Assembly: GCA_012026655.1 (NCBI GenBank)
Contig: JAAILG010000004.1
Span: 62,001 to 126,000 of the forward strand
Length of the DNA: 64,000 nucleotides
Reading direction: 5' to 3'
Source of the DNA: Hydrolagus affinis
Lineage: Eukaryota
Shown: piece after piece, positions 49,020 to 60,836 of the stretch
Numbering within the stretch: the stretch's first letter is position 1
Layout of the letters: each line of letters begins with the position of its first letter
Notes under the pieces: model-generated
What the model saw: only the letters and a program-made list of their open reading frames with translations
Database searches by the model: none
What the model was told of the DNA's origin: nothing
Made by a program: the position numbers and the translations under genes

Positions 49020-49172
49020 CACAGTTTGTGGGACACAGCTGTGCGCAATTGGCTGCTACATTTCACCCACAAATATACAGTTAATTAACTTTACATGGTA
49101 TATTCTGTGAAGCGCTTTGAGACGTTTAGAAGATGTGAAAAGCGCTATATCAAATTCAAGGATTATTATTAT
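49020..49172 (+). mobile_element. tRNA-SINE 3' half
   Basis: Body plus GTGAAAAGCGCTATATCAAATTCAAGGATTATTATT. Confidence 0.85.
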
Positions 49173-49897
49173 ATTCTGCAAAAAGTTAAATGATGGATTT
49201 TATCAGAGAGAGGGATTTTTGGCCAGAACACCTAGAGAAACTCCCTTGTCTTTTACGAACAGTATATTTAACACCCACCTGAGCAGGGCTCAGACAGCAC
49301 TCGGTTTAACGTCTCATATAAATTCTTTGGACAGATTTGGGTGTGAAAAGGCGTTCGGCATCGAATTTGGATGGCTGACTTGGATTTTCTTTTATTCAGA
49401 GCAATTAATAATTTATGGGCATTTTAATGAGATGAAAATAAGAAGGAAACATCTGCTCTGGGTTCCTTTGATCTATAATGCCGCGAGCCACGTTCCTTTT
49501 GCAGGGAAAAGGGAATGAAAATGGGATTTGTGCTGCTTGCGGCTTTGCGGCAATGTTGAGGCGTTAAATCTTGGAAATCGAAGCTGTGTGTTTTTTTTTC
49601 ATCATTCATTATCAAATTAATTCCCTGGCTTCTTCTTAGACTTTTAAATTACAGCCCCGGCTTCAAGCTAGTATATCGACTCAAAGCAGATTGGTTAAGC
49701 CTTGCATTTCTGTTCTCTTTTGGTGCAGAATATCGTTACAGAGTTCCAGTCTGCTCCATGTCCAACTCCAGAGTCAAACATTGCCCAGCTTACTGTTCTG
49801 CTGGCTATAATGGGATAAAGAGAGAAGGGTTAAGTGGGGTGGGGAGGAGGGGGGAATGTCGACATGTCTATTGGCATCTGGGTAAAGTAGTGAACAA

Positions 49898-50035
49898 TCA
49901 TAGTACAGTATCATAGAATTATAAAGCACAGAAGGAGGCCATTCAACCCATCATGTCTGTCCAAATTAATTCCACTCCCCATGCTCTCTCTCCATATAGC
50001 CCCCAAACCTCCCCTCCCCAAATAATTATCTATTT
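49898..50035 (-). mobile_element. CR1 3' terminus
   Basis: ATCATAGAATT..GCACAGAAGGAGGCCATTCAACCCATCATG. Confidence 0.8.
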
Positions 50036-50844
50036 GATTTGAAGTAGTAATAATAATAACAATGTTTTTGGCATGGCGTCTACCAACGTCAAAATGTCTG
50101 AAATTCCTTCCCGTCAAAAGTAGAGACTGTATTTCGAAGCGCTCAGAGACGCCGTCCGCTATATAAATCAATGTTGTTGTTGTTGTATTTGTATGCAGGT
50201 GTGGCAGCCAACTAGCCTGAAACAATATCCCAGAGACAGCTGCAAGGCAGGTGCCCAATTTATTGGAGTGTTTTGCTTGTAAAATGTAGAGTTGATTCAC
50301 TTAACAGTGCATTTTGTGAAGCGCTTTGAGACATCTCGGAGATGTGACGAGGCGCTATATCAAACTCAAGGAGTATTAGGGCATGTTCCCGACATGAAAG
50401 GCGCTCAATAAATGTAATTTTGCTGTTGTTGTTGTATTAATATTATTATTATTGTCGGGCAGGACACCAGGAAGAACACATGATCAGTGAACATTTACGA
50501 AAGAACCAAGGATTTTTTTTCCTGCAAAAAATTTGTGGCAAAAAATGTCTTGTTCTGTAGCTTTGTTCTGTTTCGAGCAAGCCCACGTTTTATTAGTTAA
50601 ACAAGCCTTGCATCTGCACTGTACTCTACGGTTGAAAGCAGTGCAAACACGTGTCTACATGTAGAAGCCTGGGGCAGGCCTGCTTCCCCGTCCTGGGAAT
50701 TTACAGCCCAAACCACAGCCACAAATACTTGCCACTGTCACGCAGTTCAAAGCAGTCAAGGAATCAGATGAATTTTCAATTCCGATGCCTCTGCGATTCA
50801 GTGCAAAAGTTGTGAGGCCGATTTTATTTGAGTGCATGTGTTTT

Positions 50845-50940
50845 GTGGGGTCGGTGGTTGGTGGGTGGGCGGGCTGGAGGGTGGGGGGAAAGGTTGGGTG
50901 GGGGTGGGGGGGGCGGGGGGGCGGGTGACGGTGGGGAGGT
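50845..50940 (+). repeat. G-rich tract with G-quadruplex potential
   Basis: More than 8 runs of GGG or longer within 95 bp. Confidence 0.7.
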
Positions 50941-53174
50941 ATTTTGAAATTGGACGATTTTGAATTGTCCCTTTAAATGAAAAACAAATGATGCCATTGG
51001 ACCTTAAAGGAATGCGGTGTGTAAATAAAGTGGATTTAGGGATTTTGAAATCAGTCCCAGTCTGCAGATGTGCTGTTGACTCCATCCACATTCACTGAAA
51101 TCTGGAGTTAATTGAATGCTGCATGCAGACTCATCCAAAGGAGGTACCTAGGCTAATACGCTCCGCATTGAGGGAGCACTCCAAGTGCCTGTCAGTCCGC
51201 TAGCGAGAGAGATCTTGTGTTTTTATAGGGCTTTTCATCATGTTGAAACATCTCAAAGAGCTTTACTGTAGTTATTGTCCGCTTTTTGCAGGCAAACAGG
51301 CACAGAGTCAACCCACTTATTGGATAAAATTCCAGGAAGCGCCTTGAGACGTCTCGCTGACATGGTACTGTATGAAACACAAGGATTATTGTTGAACAGC
51401 ATTGGACAAGACAGTTGAGGTCAATCTGGCTGATCCTAGTTCATAGGAACCTACAATGTTATAGCACAGAAACAGGACACAAACAACACTGCGATGGGAG
51501 GTGGGTAATCAGGAAAGCTGCCCCATAATTGCACTGAAACCATGGTGTCTTCCTCCACATTAACCACCTATTATTACTCCTACTCCTACTGTCCTGTTCG
51601 ATCTCCACATTGACCTTAAATTATTTAATCCGCCATATTAAATATTAGAACACAGAAACGGACCGTTTGGCCAAGATTTGAACCTCGATTACCTCACTTT
51701 TCCAGACCTCCATTGATTAAAACACATAAAGTATCAAAAATTGTTCTGATTATCCTAATCCCAAATTGCTCAATTTTCAGAGTATTAAATGACTCTGGTT
51801 AATGCCTCTTTAGTTTCTAATCTCCCTGGGAACTGGATGCATATCCAGAGAGACAAAACAGACAAATAACGCAGGAGAGGTTTGGATGAAGAAGACCCTT
51901 TGGCCCATTTGATTTTATCCTTCCAGCATGTTTCTTAAATGTGCCCTGACCTCAACTGCTCTTCCCAGTCCCAAGTCATTAATTATTCTGTGTGTAAAGC
52001 AATGCTTCCTGGCATCTGTTCTGAAATTGTCCATCACCCTGCATTATCTTCCAATTTGTAGTACGCAAAGGCAGCCAGCATTATCAGTTATATTTTTGTT
52101 TGATTAACCCTTACATTTGATACAATGCCTTTCACATCAGGGGGACCCCTCTCAGTGCTTCACGAGATTTACTGCAAAGTGTGGCGGCTGTGTATTTTGT
52201 AGGGCAATGAGTCAGTCAGCCGTGAAGTGTTTGCTTCTTGTTCCTTTAGGAAGAACAAAACAATGTTGCACGAAAACCTAGGAAACCGGCTCGTTTGTGA
52301 CATGTGGCAATTTGATTGTCTTTGTTGTCTGTAAACTTACCAGTCGATTGACAAAAATTGATTCTGGAAAAAAGCGTAGGTGCCGACCACAGATAGAGAG
52401 AGAGGTCATCTTCTCTGAGCGATAATCTGTATCAAATAGAGGTGGTTGGGCATGATGGGAGAGCGGGGAGGGGAGGGAGAATAGGGCAACAAATCGCAAT
52501 CCAACAGCACATCTCACTGAAGAGCATCTGTAGTTTTAACTGGGCACAAAACAGCAACCGTTCTAGTTTGAGCAGCCAAATACAATGCGGAGAAAGAGAG
52601 AGAGTGTGTGAAAGAAAGACAAATCTGCATAATACTTTATTTTTGCACAGCAAATTGAACAAAATAAGCGAATTGTCAGGAAATGGAACGTAACACAAAG
52701 AAGAGGTTATTGTGATGGGCGATAAAAAAAATATAGCCAAGTGCAAATCAAATAAAGAATACACATTCAATATCACAGAAGGACGAGGATGAGGGCCAGA
52801 GCTGATAGCTTTAATGAAGGATAGATACGGTATAGCTTTAGCCAAAGTCACGTCCGATCAGCCAGGGAACTTGGTCAGCATAGACTGGCTCAGAGAAATA
52901 GGAAATGTGAGAGATTATTGGCTTACTGCTCAAACTATAAAGTGGATGTAGCTAAATCATGAGATGGGGTTGTGCGATAAGCTGTGTGGTCTGACCTGTG
53001 TTTGCAGCAATCCGCGCTGGAAATATCATTGCCTGTTTGCGAAAGGCAATTTAGACCCCAGAGATCTGTAGACAGAGGTTTGCAGTGTGTTTTTTTTTAC
53101 CGGCGGAGAATAATAATAAAGGCAATCTCACCTTCGTCCCTTGCTGATAAGACAACCACAATAAACTTGTATTT

Positions 53175-53536
53175 AATTATAATAATCTTCGCATTTGATA
53201 CAGCGCCATATCACTTTGTTGAAACTTCGCAAGCGCTCATAGAATATATTATCATTAATATACATTATTCGCTAATCCTGTATTATATCTATAATTGCGC
53301 ACAGCAATGTCCCTCAAACTCAACACAAACCGAGTGACCAAATTTATTATTTATTTATTTTTTGGAAGGGTTATTATTACCCTTATGTTATTACAGTGCA
53401 CCAATTGACTAACAACTGAGTTCCTACTGACTGCTTGGTAAGCAGAGGTGTGTGGAATAAAAAAACTTACCTAAAGTTTTGCCCTACCCTGGGAATTCAT
53501 CTGATCCCCTTGCTTGCGAGGCGAGCGTTCTAACAA
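53175..53536 (-). mobile_element. tRNA-SINE, long variant
   Basis: CCAATTGACTAACAACTGAGTTCCTACTGACTGCTTGGTAAGCAGAGGTGTGTGG..CTTGCGAGGCGAGCGTTCTAAC. Confidence 0.8.
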
Positions 53537-55884
53537 CTCTGTTGCTTTATACACAGCAATCCACTGTGTAAAGGTAATGTCTCAGAGTGCTTCACAATGG
53601 CAGGGTGGGACACCGAGCGGTCAGGAAGGGGACAGGGACCATAGGCACGGTCGAGGAGGTAGGTTTTAAGGTAAGATTTACAGATAGATACAGAGGGGTA
53701 GAGAGATATGCAGTTTCAAAGATTGGCAGCTTAATGCCTGAGATTGGGGGGTTACAAACACAATCGAACGTTACTTCCCAATTTGGTAAGTTTCACCTTT
53801 TAAACACAGCAAAATCACAGCATTCAAAAAAACAAACATCGAAATCCTTCCCATGCAAATATATTTCCGCAGCCTTTGTCAGTTGCATAACTTGTTGGCA
53901 CTTCATCAGATCTCTCTCGTTCCCAGAGAGTAAAAAAAACATTCCCAAACAAAATAAAATCAGGCAACACAAAGGTCCTTTGCAATTAATTTGCATAAGT
54001 GCATATTAAAAACAAACAACGCTTCTAATCTACAATAAATGGCAGGAAGCGATTCACAAGATTGCCGCCTAATCTCAGGAATCGGCTAACACCCATTTGG
54101 GCGGAAGGTGCGAGAGGCCAATTTGGATTTATCATTGCCTTCGCTCTGTGGTGACCTACATTTCTCTGCCGTTGTATAATGAAACGGACTTAATCACGAG
54201 CGAGAATGTTTCGTTCGGCAACCACACGACTGCAGCGGGGAGTGGAGGAAACGTCACCCGGTTGTCTTAAGTCACAGTTGCTACACGCCAGCTTTCACCG
54301 TGCCATGGAAATAGTTATATGTGTTATAATAGCTGCGAATAGTTATTCTTCCACATTCTGTCGGCCACTGACAGCTCTGGTCACGGTGGGATGGCCGCCT
54401 GCTTCGAGCGAGGTGTTTGTATTCACATGGTGCCTTTTGCTTCATTATCCGTGCTGACAGCAACTCCAGCGCTGGACACTTTCACCCGTCATATTGAGAT
54501 TGAGCAGTGTCAGAAATCAGACAGCTGACAGAGCAGGAAGACTATGTGTTGAATGTCATAATTAATAATAATAACTCTTGCATTTGACGTGCGTAGCGCT
54601 TTTCACGGCCTTCAGACGTCTCAAGTGGTTAATACAAAATAAACAGGTTTTCCCCCCTGTGATGTGTCACAGTCTGCAGTGGGGCTGCGCTATGGGCAAA
54701 TTGGCTGCCCGATTTGTTCACAAAACACACAGTTACTACTCATAATGGTAATAATTGTTGACATCATGCCACATCGTTAAAATGTCTCAAAGCGCTTCAT
54801 GTAAAGCGAATGGACTGTGTAATTTGAGGGTGAAACCCCGCAGCGAATTGCACACAGCAGTGGCCCACAGGGAATGATTGCAGTGTATCCCATGAAGCAC
54901 TTTGAGACGTCCAAATGGGGAAAAAAAATCCCCAAATGTATTCAGTTCAGCAGGCCAGCGAGCTATAATAGGCTTGTGATTAAATCTGCATTAAAACAAA
55001 CCTCTTCTTTGACAAGATCTTGCATGAGAGCTGGATCATCAGAGAATAAATCCTACCCCATGCCCATGTGAGTTAGAGTTCCTTGAGAAGGTTAATAAAG
55101 TAGAGCGCAGACTGATGGGCAGCCTAATCCCTTCAAAGAGAAACCAAGAGAATAGCAATGGACTCGTGCATAGTCCTGAGATCACACAGACATTAAGGAG
55201 AAGAGAAGCAGAGACTGTGGGGCGTAAGATTGCCAGGGAGATTGTATAGACAGACATATGATGACTGGACTGCCAGCAAGCGTGTATATCCAATAGATTG
55301 GCATGGAAATCCAATGGACAGATGCAGAGCATTTCAATTACCAGAGAAGTAGAAACAGCACAGATGGATAGGCATGAGATTGTCAGGTAAATTCAATGTC
55401 CTAGGCAGTCAGCAAATAGGCCACGAGGGAAATCAGAAGTACAAGACACCAGAATGTTAAAACTCTGTTAAATTCTGTGCCTGGCCAGTTCGAATGTTGA
55501 GGGAACCGAGCCCCTGATTTCCAAATGTTTACCCTGGCATCGTGCCAGGTGAGAAACAGCACTTTTGGTTTTTAGGGCATTGGATTCGTACACGTTTCAA
55601 TCCAATCTTCCGTGACACTTCACCTCAGAGGTAAACGCTTAATGGCAAAGCACTAAAAATAGCAATCAAGTTGATTACTCAAGGCTCATCTCATTGGAAT
55701 TGTCAACAATTAAGGAATTATCGTCCACTGTTACAGAACCTCTATGACACCGGCGTTCCTTTACTTTAATGTAGGGAGCGGTTTGAGGTCAGTGGTTTTC
55801 ACTAAAGACTTTCCCTGCCCTAAAGGCAAGTGTCTCATGTCGGTTAAATGTCTACACAGGCCCCAAGAGTTTCAAACAAATGGA

Positions 55885-56204
55885 CAGTTGGACATCACAG
55901 TACAGTTCTGCATGGAGTGTTGTATTGTCAGAGGTGCTGTCCTGCGGAGGCAACAATAAACCAAAGACCCGAGCCTGTGCCTATTCAGGTGTCCATTAAG
56001 GATCGAAAGGAGAAGGGAGTTTCTCTCCATCAATATCCTGCCCAACTGATGCAGAACTGATCATTCTGGTTACGTTTGCGAGGCAATTGGCTGTCGCTTT
56101 CGCCTACAAAATATAAAGTCACTGCACATTACAGTGTATTCCGCGCAGCGAATTGAGACCTCCTGACATGAAAGGTGTTACATGAACTGCAAGGATTATT
56201 ATTA
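55885..56204 (+). mobile_element. Old Deu-domain SINE
   Basis: ATTGTCAGAGGTGCTGTCC..TAAACC..TTCAGGTG..GGGAGTTTCTC..AATTGGCTG, then tail. Confidence 0.7.
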
Positions 56205-57169
56205 TGGGTTATCCTGCTTGGACTGTCACTCCACTTCACGGTAAATCCCGTGAAGCACTTTGGGACGTCCTCCAGATATGAAAGGCGCTGTATCGAACAC
56301 AAAAGTTATTATTACCTCCACGTTAATCATCCTAAATAATTCTGTATGGATAGATTTCCAAACTTCAGCTGCCTTTAACACGTTCCCCCCAGCCCCCAAT
56401 CTCAGCCTCCCCACCACAGCGTCGGCACCGGTGGGTTTAGATGGACAATTTGGCCAAAGCCCCCTGGACTATCCTTGTGGGTTATGGCTACATTGAAAGG
56501 AAAGGCAGTTCGAAGATTTCATATTGGTTCAGAAATTTGGAGATGAGTGATCTTGGCATATCACAGCGGCTGAATCCAATCCTGATTGGGGTCAATGCCA
56601 AGCATATTTGGGAGAGCTTATGAGCAATCAGTCAGTCCCAGTTAATGACCACGTTATTCTGCTGGGTGGGAGGGTGAGGGCGGAATTTTCTCCAGCTCCT
56701 AATTGATTTATTATGTCCTTCAATCCAATCCTCAAAAGGTTTTGCTGAATGGGCGCAATCTGATCACGAAGGCAATTTTCATTTTCGCTGTTATATCTCA
56801 ATTAATTGGCCTCAGCCATATTAAATATTGCATGGCATTATTTCGAGATGATTAATAAATAGGTTGCGTCTTTTCTTATTACAGTAATGTTTACATCCAA
56901 TGGGTTCATTTTTCATTGATTGTAGCATATGCTGAAGATCAGGGCTCTATCTGTATCCATTGCTCTCCCTCCAGTATTCTGGCCTATGTCAGAAAGTTAA
57001 TTGCAGTCAAAAGAGAAAAGCACATCCATGGCAAAATGTGCTGCCATTTTGCTACTTGAGCCTTGATCTAGCCTGGCTCAGCTTGTAGCACTCTAACTTC
57101 AAGATCAGAAGTTTGTGGGTTGAAGCTCCATATCAGGGGCTTTCAATGTTCTCTTTGTGAAGGGACATA

Positions 57170-57498
57170 TAATAATCCTTGCATTTGATATAGCGCTTTT
57201 CACATCTTATCGACGTCTCAAAGCGCTTCACAGAATATACTGTAAAGTGAATTGACTGTATATTTGTGGGCAAAACGTGGCAACCAATTGCATACAGTAG
57301 TGTCCCACAAACAGTCGTGGATTGAAATGACCAACTTATTTTATTACTGTGGATTTTTGGTGGGGCACGGATTATTATTAGGCGTATGTATGGAGTAAGG
57401 AAACTTGCCCAATGTTTTGCCCTGATCTGCCTGGTTTCGAACACAGGTCTCACGCTTGTAAGCTGAGTGCTCTAACCACTGAGCTGCAGGAGCTCCAC
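57170..57498 (-). mobile_element. Full-length young tRNA-SINE
   Basis: Intact tail stem, body, CTGATCTGCC, B box on the minus strand GTTCGAAAC, head end GGAGCTCCAC. Confidence 0.93.
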
Positions 57499-57545
57499 AT
57501 AGGGATGCAAGTTGTTTTTTGTCAAAGGTGATAATCCATTGCACA

Positions 57546-57926
57546 ATCACCCCTGTTCTTGCCTGGCTTCTTTGGCTCCCCATCCCTCAGAGAATGGAGT
57601 AAAAAAAAACTCATTCTTACCTTCAAAGCCCACCCCAGTCTTGCTCCCCTCTACCTCTCCAAACTCCTCATCCCATTTCAGCCTGTCCGGTCCCTCCAAT
57701 CGCATACACTGGCCTGCTTCAGGTCCCCCTCACTTCCTGCCCTACCATTGGCAGTCGGGCATTCGGCATCTCTGCCCCCACACTCTGGAACTCTATCCCG
57801 CAAATGCCTCCACCTCACCATCTCTCTTGTCTCCTTCGAATCCCATTGGGTCCATCACCCCCTGACTGTCCAGCGCCCTGGGACGTCTTTTCGATGTGAA
57901 GGGTGTAATTTGTTGCTATTGTTGCT
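57546..57926 (+). mobile_element. L2 3' end with ORF2 remnant
   Basis: ITPVLA..LILTFKAHPSLAPLYLSKLLIPFQPVRSLQS; tail CAGCGCCCTGGGACGTC..(GTT)n. Confidence 0.88.
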
Positions 57927-58621
57927 CTGAAAGATGTGCTACATTTCAAATGAGCCATTAAGCTGAGGTCCAGTCAGTGTGTTAATTATCCCCCGGACCA
58001 ACCGAAAAAGGAAGGAGGTTTTTCCCTGTGTTTCGGCCAACAATCACCCACACAAAAGTAGCCCATTCACTTACTGTGTTTATCTGTTGGGCCTTCCTGT
58101 GTGCAAAGTGTCTGTCTTGTTTACCTCACAGCATTTGACAGTGATGACATGGAAAGCCTCTTGAGGTGGTCAGAAGCTGTAGGTGCTATATCAAACGCAA
58201 GGCTGTTTATTTTACGTATTTATTATAATTATTATTGAGCATGATTACCAAATTCAAGGACTGTAATGATTATGATTAACAGCTGAGGAGATCATATGGC
58301 CTTTCGTGGGCAAAGGGCACAGATTTGTGTGCTCAGTCTGCGTCCCGATTTGGTCGGTGCTGTTCGCGACAGTGTCTGTGGAGCCCGACAGACCCCCCAA
58401 ACTTCAAAACAATCCGGATTCTGTTCAATCAATAAAAGTGAAACGAGCGCCACAAAGAAGCGATCAAGGAACTTCTTAAAGACTGCAACATGTTCCTGAT
58501 AGAGCAATGGGATTTGAGGTGAAGGGGGATGATCACACACACAGTATGACTCCCTCCTGTCTGCAACTTATTAAGCTCTCCTGTTCGCTGCGAATTTAGA
58601 AACCAAAGAGAGAAATTATTT

Positions 58622-58730
58622 TGTGTGCATATGCATGTATGTGTATGTGTGTGTGTGTCTATGTGTGTGTGTATGTGTTTGTGTGTGTATGTACTTGTAT
58701 GTGTTTGTACAAGTGTGTGAGTGTGTGTGT
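58622..58730. repeat. Degenerate (TG)n repeat
   Basis: About 110 bp, TG-rich. Confidence 0.9.
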
Positions 58731-59191
58731 TGTGGAGATCTTCTGGTTTGAACCTAGAGCCTTCCTAAACCTCAATATCCGACATTTTCCTGAGCAGCCT
58801 AAGAGATTTATTTCCCTGCAATAATTTTTGGGGGATGTTGCAAAAGTTGCACAAAGTTGTGAAGTTTGCTTTTGCCATGTGTGTTGTTTCTGTGAAAAAA
58901 AATAACGGGGGCTGCTTTAATAAGTCTTATCTGAGACAGCACCTTCCATATTCCCATCGCCGTCTGCATGATTGGCCGTTTTTGTTAAAGGGTTTAAAGT
59001 CTATTTTTATCGTTCGCATGCTTGAAACGTGGACAAGACTAGTCACGCGGACATTTAACGTCATCATGTTTTTCTCTGTCTGTTTCATTGCTTCCCGAAA
59101 AGGTCAAGCAAACTTAATTTGCTAACCTCCAGAACTAACGTCTGAAAAAGATTTCTAAACATTAACTCACATTCTTTGTCGGTTTTACGAA

Positions 59192-59563
59192 CAATAATCC
59201 TCACGTTTGATACAGTGTCTTATCGCATCGCCAAGACGTCTCATGGTGCCTTCATGTGAATTACTGTAGCCGAATGTTGCATCCCTTTGTCCCACAAACA
59301 GCTGTGAACTGAATGACCAATTTTATCTGTGGGGATTATTGGAAGAGACACAGGGAGAGAGAAACTCCCATTTTCTTTATCAAATTTGTGATCTTTCAAA
59401 TCGACCCGAAAAAAGACACAGATGGGACTTTGGCTCAACATCTCGTCCGAACCAACCCTGGCAATGTGCCTGAGCATCAGCCTAGCCCTTGAGCTCAATG
59501 TATAAACTGAACCCATAAGCTTTTGACTTGCAGCTGAAAGATGTGCAACTGACTGAGCCAAGC
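59192..59563 (-). mobile_element. Old Deu-domain SINE, near full length
   Basis: Reverse-complement tail, GTCCCACAAACAG, GAGAAACTCCC, CAGATGGGACTTTGG..ACATCTCGTCCG, ACCCATAAGCTTTTGACT..GACTGAGCCAAGCTG. Confidence 0.75.
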
Positions 59564-60477
59564 TGACCGACTGGACATGCAAAGAATCGCTTTGCACCTG
59601 ATCATTGCCCTCTTCACGAATGAACACAGCAACTCAACTGTTCTGCATCCACACAACAAATGGACGTCCACCCACAGCTGCAAAGCATAACAATTTCCTC
59701 CCCTACTCTCTCTCTCTCCGCCATCCCTCCCCCCCACCGCCCCCGCCCGCCCTCCCCACCTCCCCCCCCCCCCACCTACCGCTCACCAAATAGGTTCCAG
59801 ATGTTTCATAAGTAATAAAGGTCTAAGTCGTTATTATTTCATATCTGTGGAAGAGCCGGAATATCCGCAGGGTTATACAATACCGTTGATGATATCTTGA
59901 AGCAGGTGTGGCACCAGAATTGTGCACGCTTGGACAATAAATATTTACAGCGAGGGTACCAAAAAAATGCTTACCCTTCACTTTGATGATAAAATGCATT
60001 TTCATTACTCACCTACGAATGTCCGACCGTCCATTATCAAATGACCTTGCAGCGCTCTTTGGCCGACTATTTGAGCTCGAGCGAGTCCCATCATGGCCAG
60101 GCTCCCGCCTCGCTGTTTTATGTGAGATGGCTTTATTTATCTTTGTGTTGCGCGCCGCAGTGGATAGCTGGGAGTCATTATAAGGCAGTGATCTAACTGA
60201 GTGAGTTCAGGTGACATCATAAACTGTAAGAGCAAAGCTCAGACGCTTTATTGCTATTATTGGAACCTTGCGATCAGATTTCCTGCCTTGAAATTATTGC
60301 TTGGTATTACAGCTCACATCTGTGCTCTGTTTTTTTTACCTCCTAAAAATTCTGTTTTTGGTCAGTCTGTATTAGGAACGTCCCATGCTGTGTACTCTGT
60401 GCCCCTTCGTGCCTCTGCTCTGCTTCATGTGCAGTCAAAGCGTGCGATTCCTTTGTTCCCGGTTCATGGAATTCATA

Positions 60478-60836
60478 TTAATAATAATCCTCGCATTTCA
60501 TTTTCGCCCCGATCACTTCTTCGAGATGTCTCAAAGCGCTTCACGGAACATACGGGAAAGTTTATTTTGTGGGCGAAAAGGCGCAAAACTGCATATTTTG
60601 TGGGCGAAAAGCGGTAGACAATTTTGCACAGCAGTGACCCACAAACAGTTGTTGATTGAGTGAGCAAATGACTTATTTAGTTATTTGAAGGGATTCTTAC
60701 TCCTCGGCTAACAACTGGATTCCTACTTACTCCTAGTTAGACAGCCATGTGTCGTAAGGAAACTTGCCTAATATTTCGCCCTGACCGGGAATCAAACACA
60801 GGTCTGTGAGGAGAGTGCTCTAACCAATATGCTACA
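60478..60836 (-). mobile_element. tRNA-SINE, long variant
   Basis: CTAACAACTGGATTCCTACTTACT segment, AAGGAAACTTGCC, head GAGTGCTCTAACC. Confidence 0.8.

Noticed and set aside
55140-55330. Minus-strand peptide ..VISGLCTSPLLFS resembling the LINE RT motif GVPQGSVLGPLLFS
   Set aside because: Too degenerate to call by eye; at best a very old LINE fragment.
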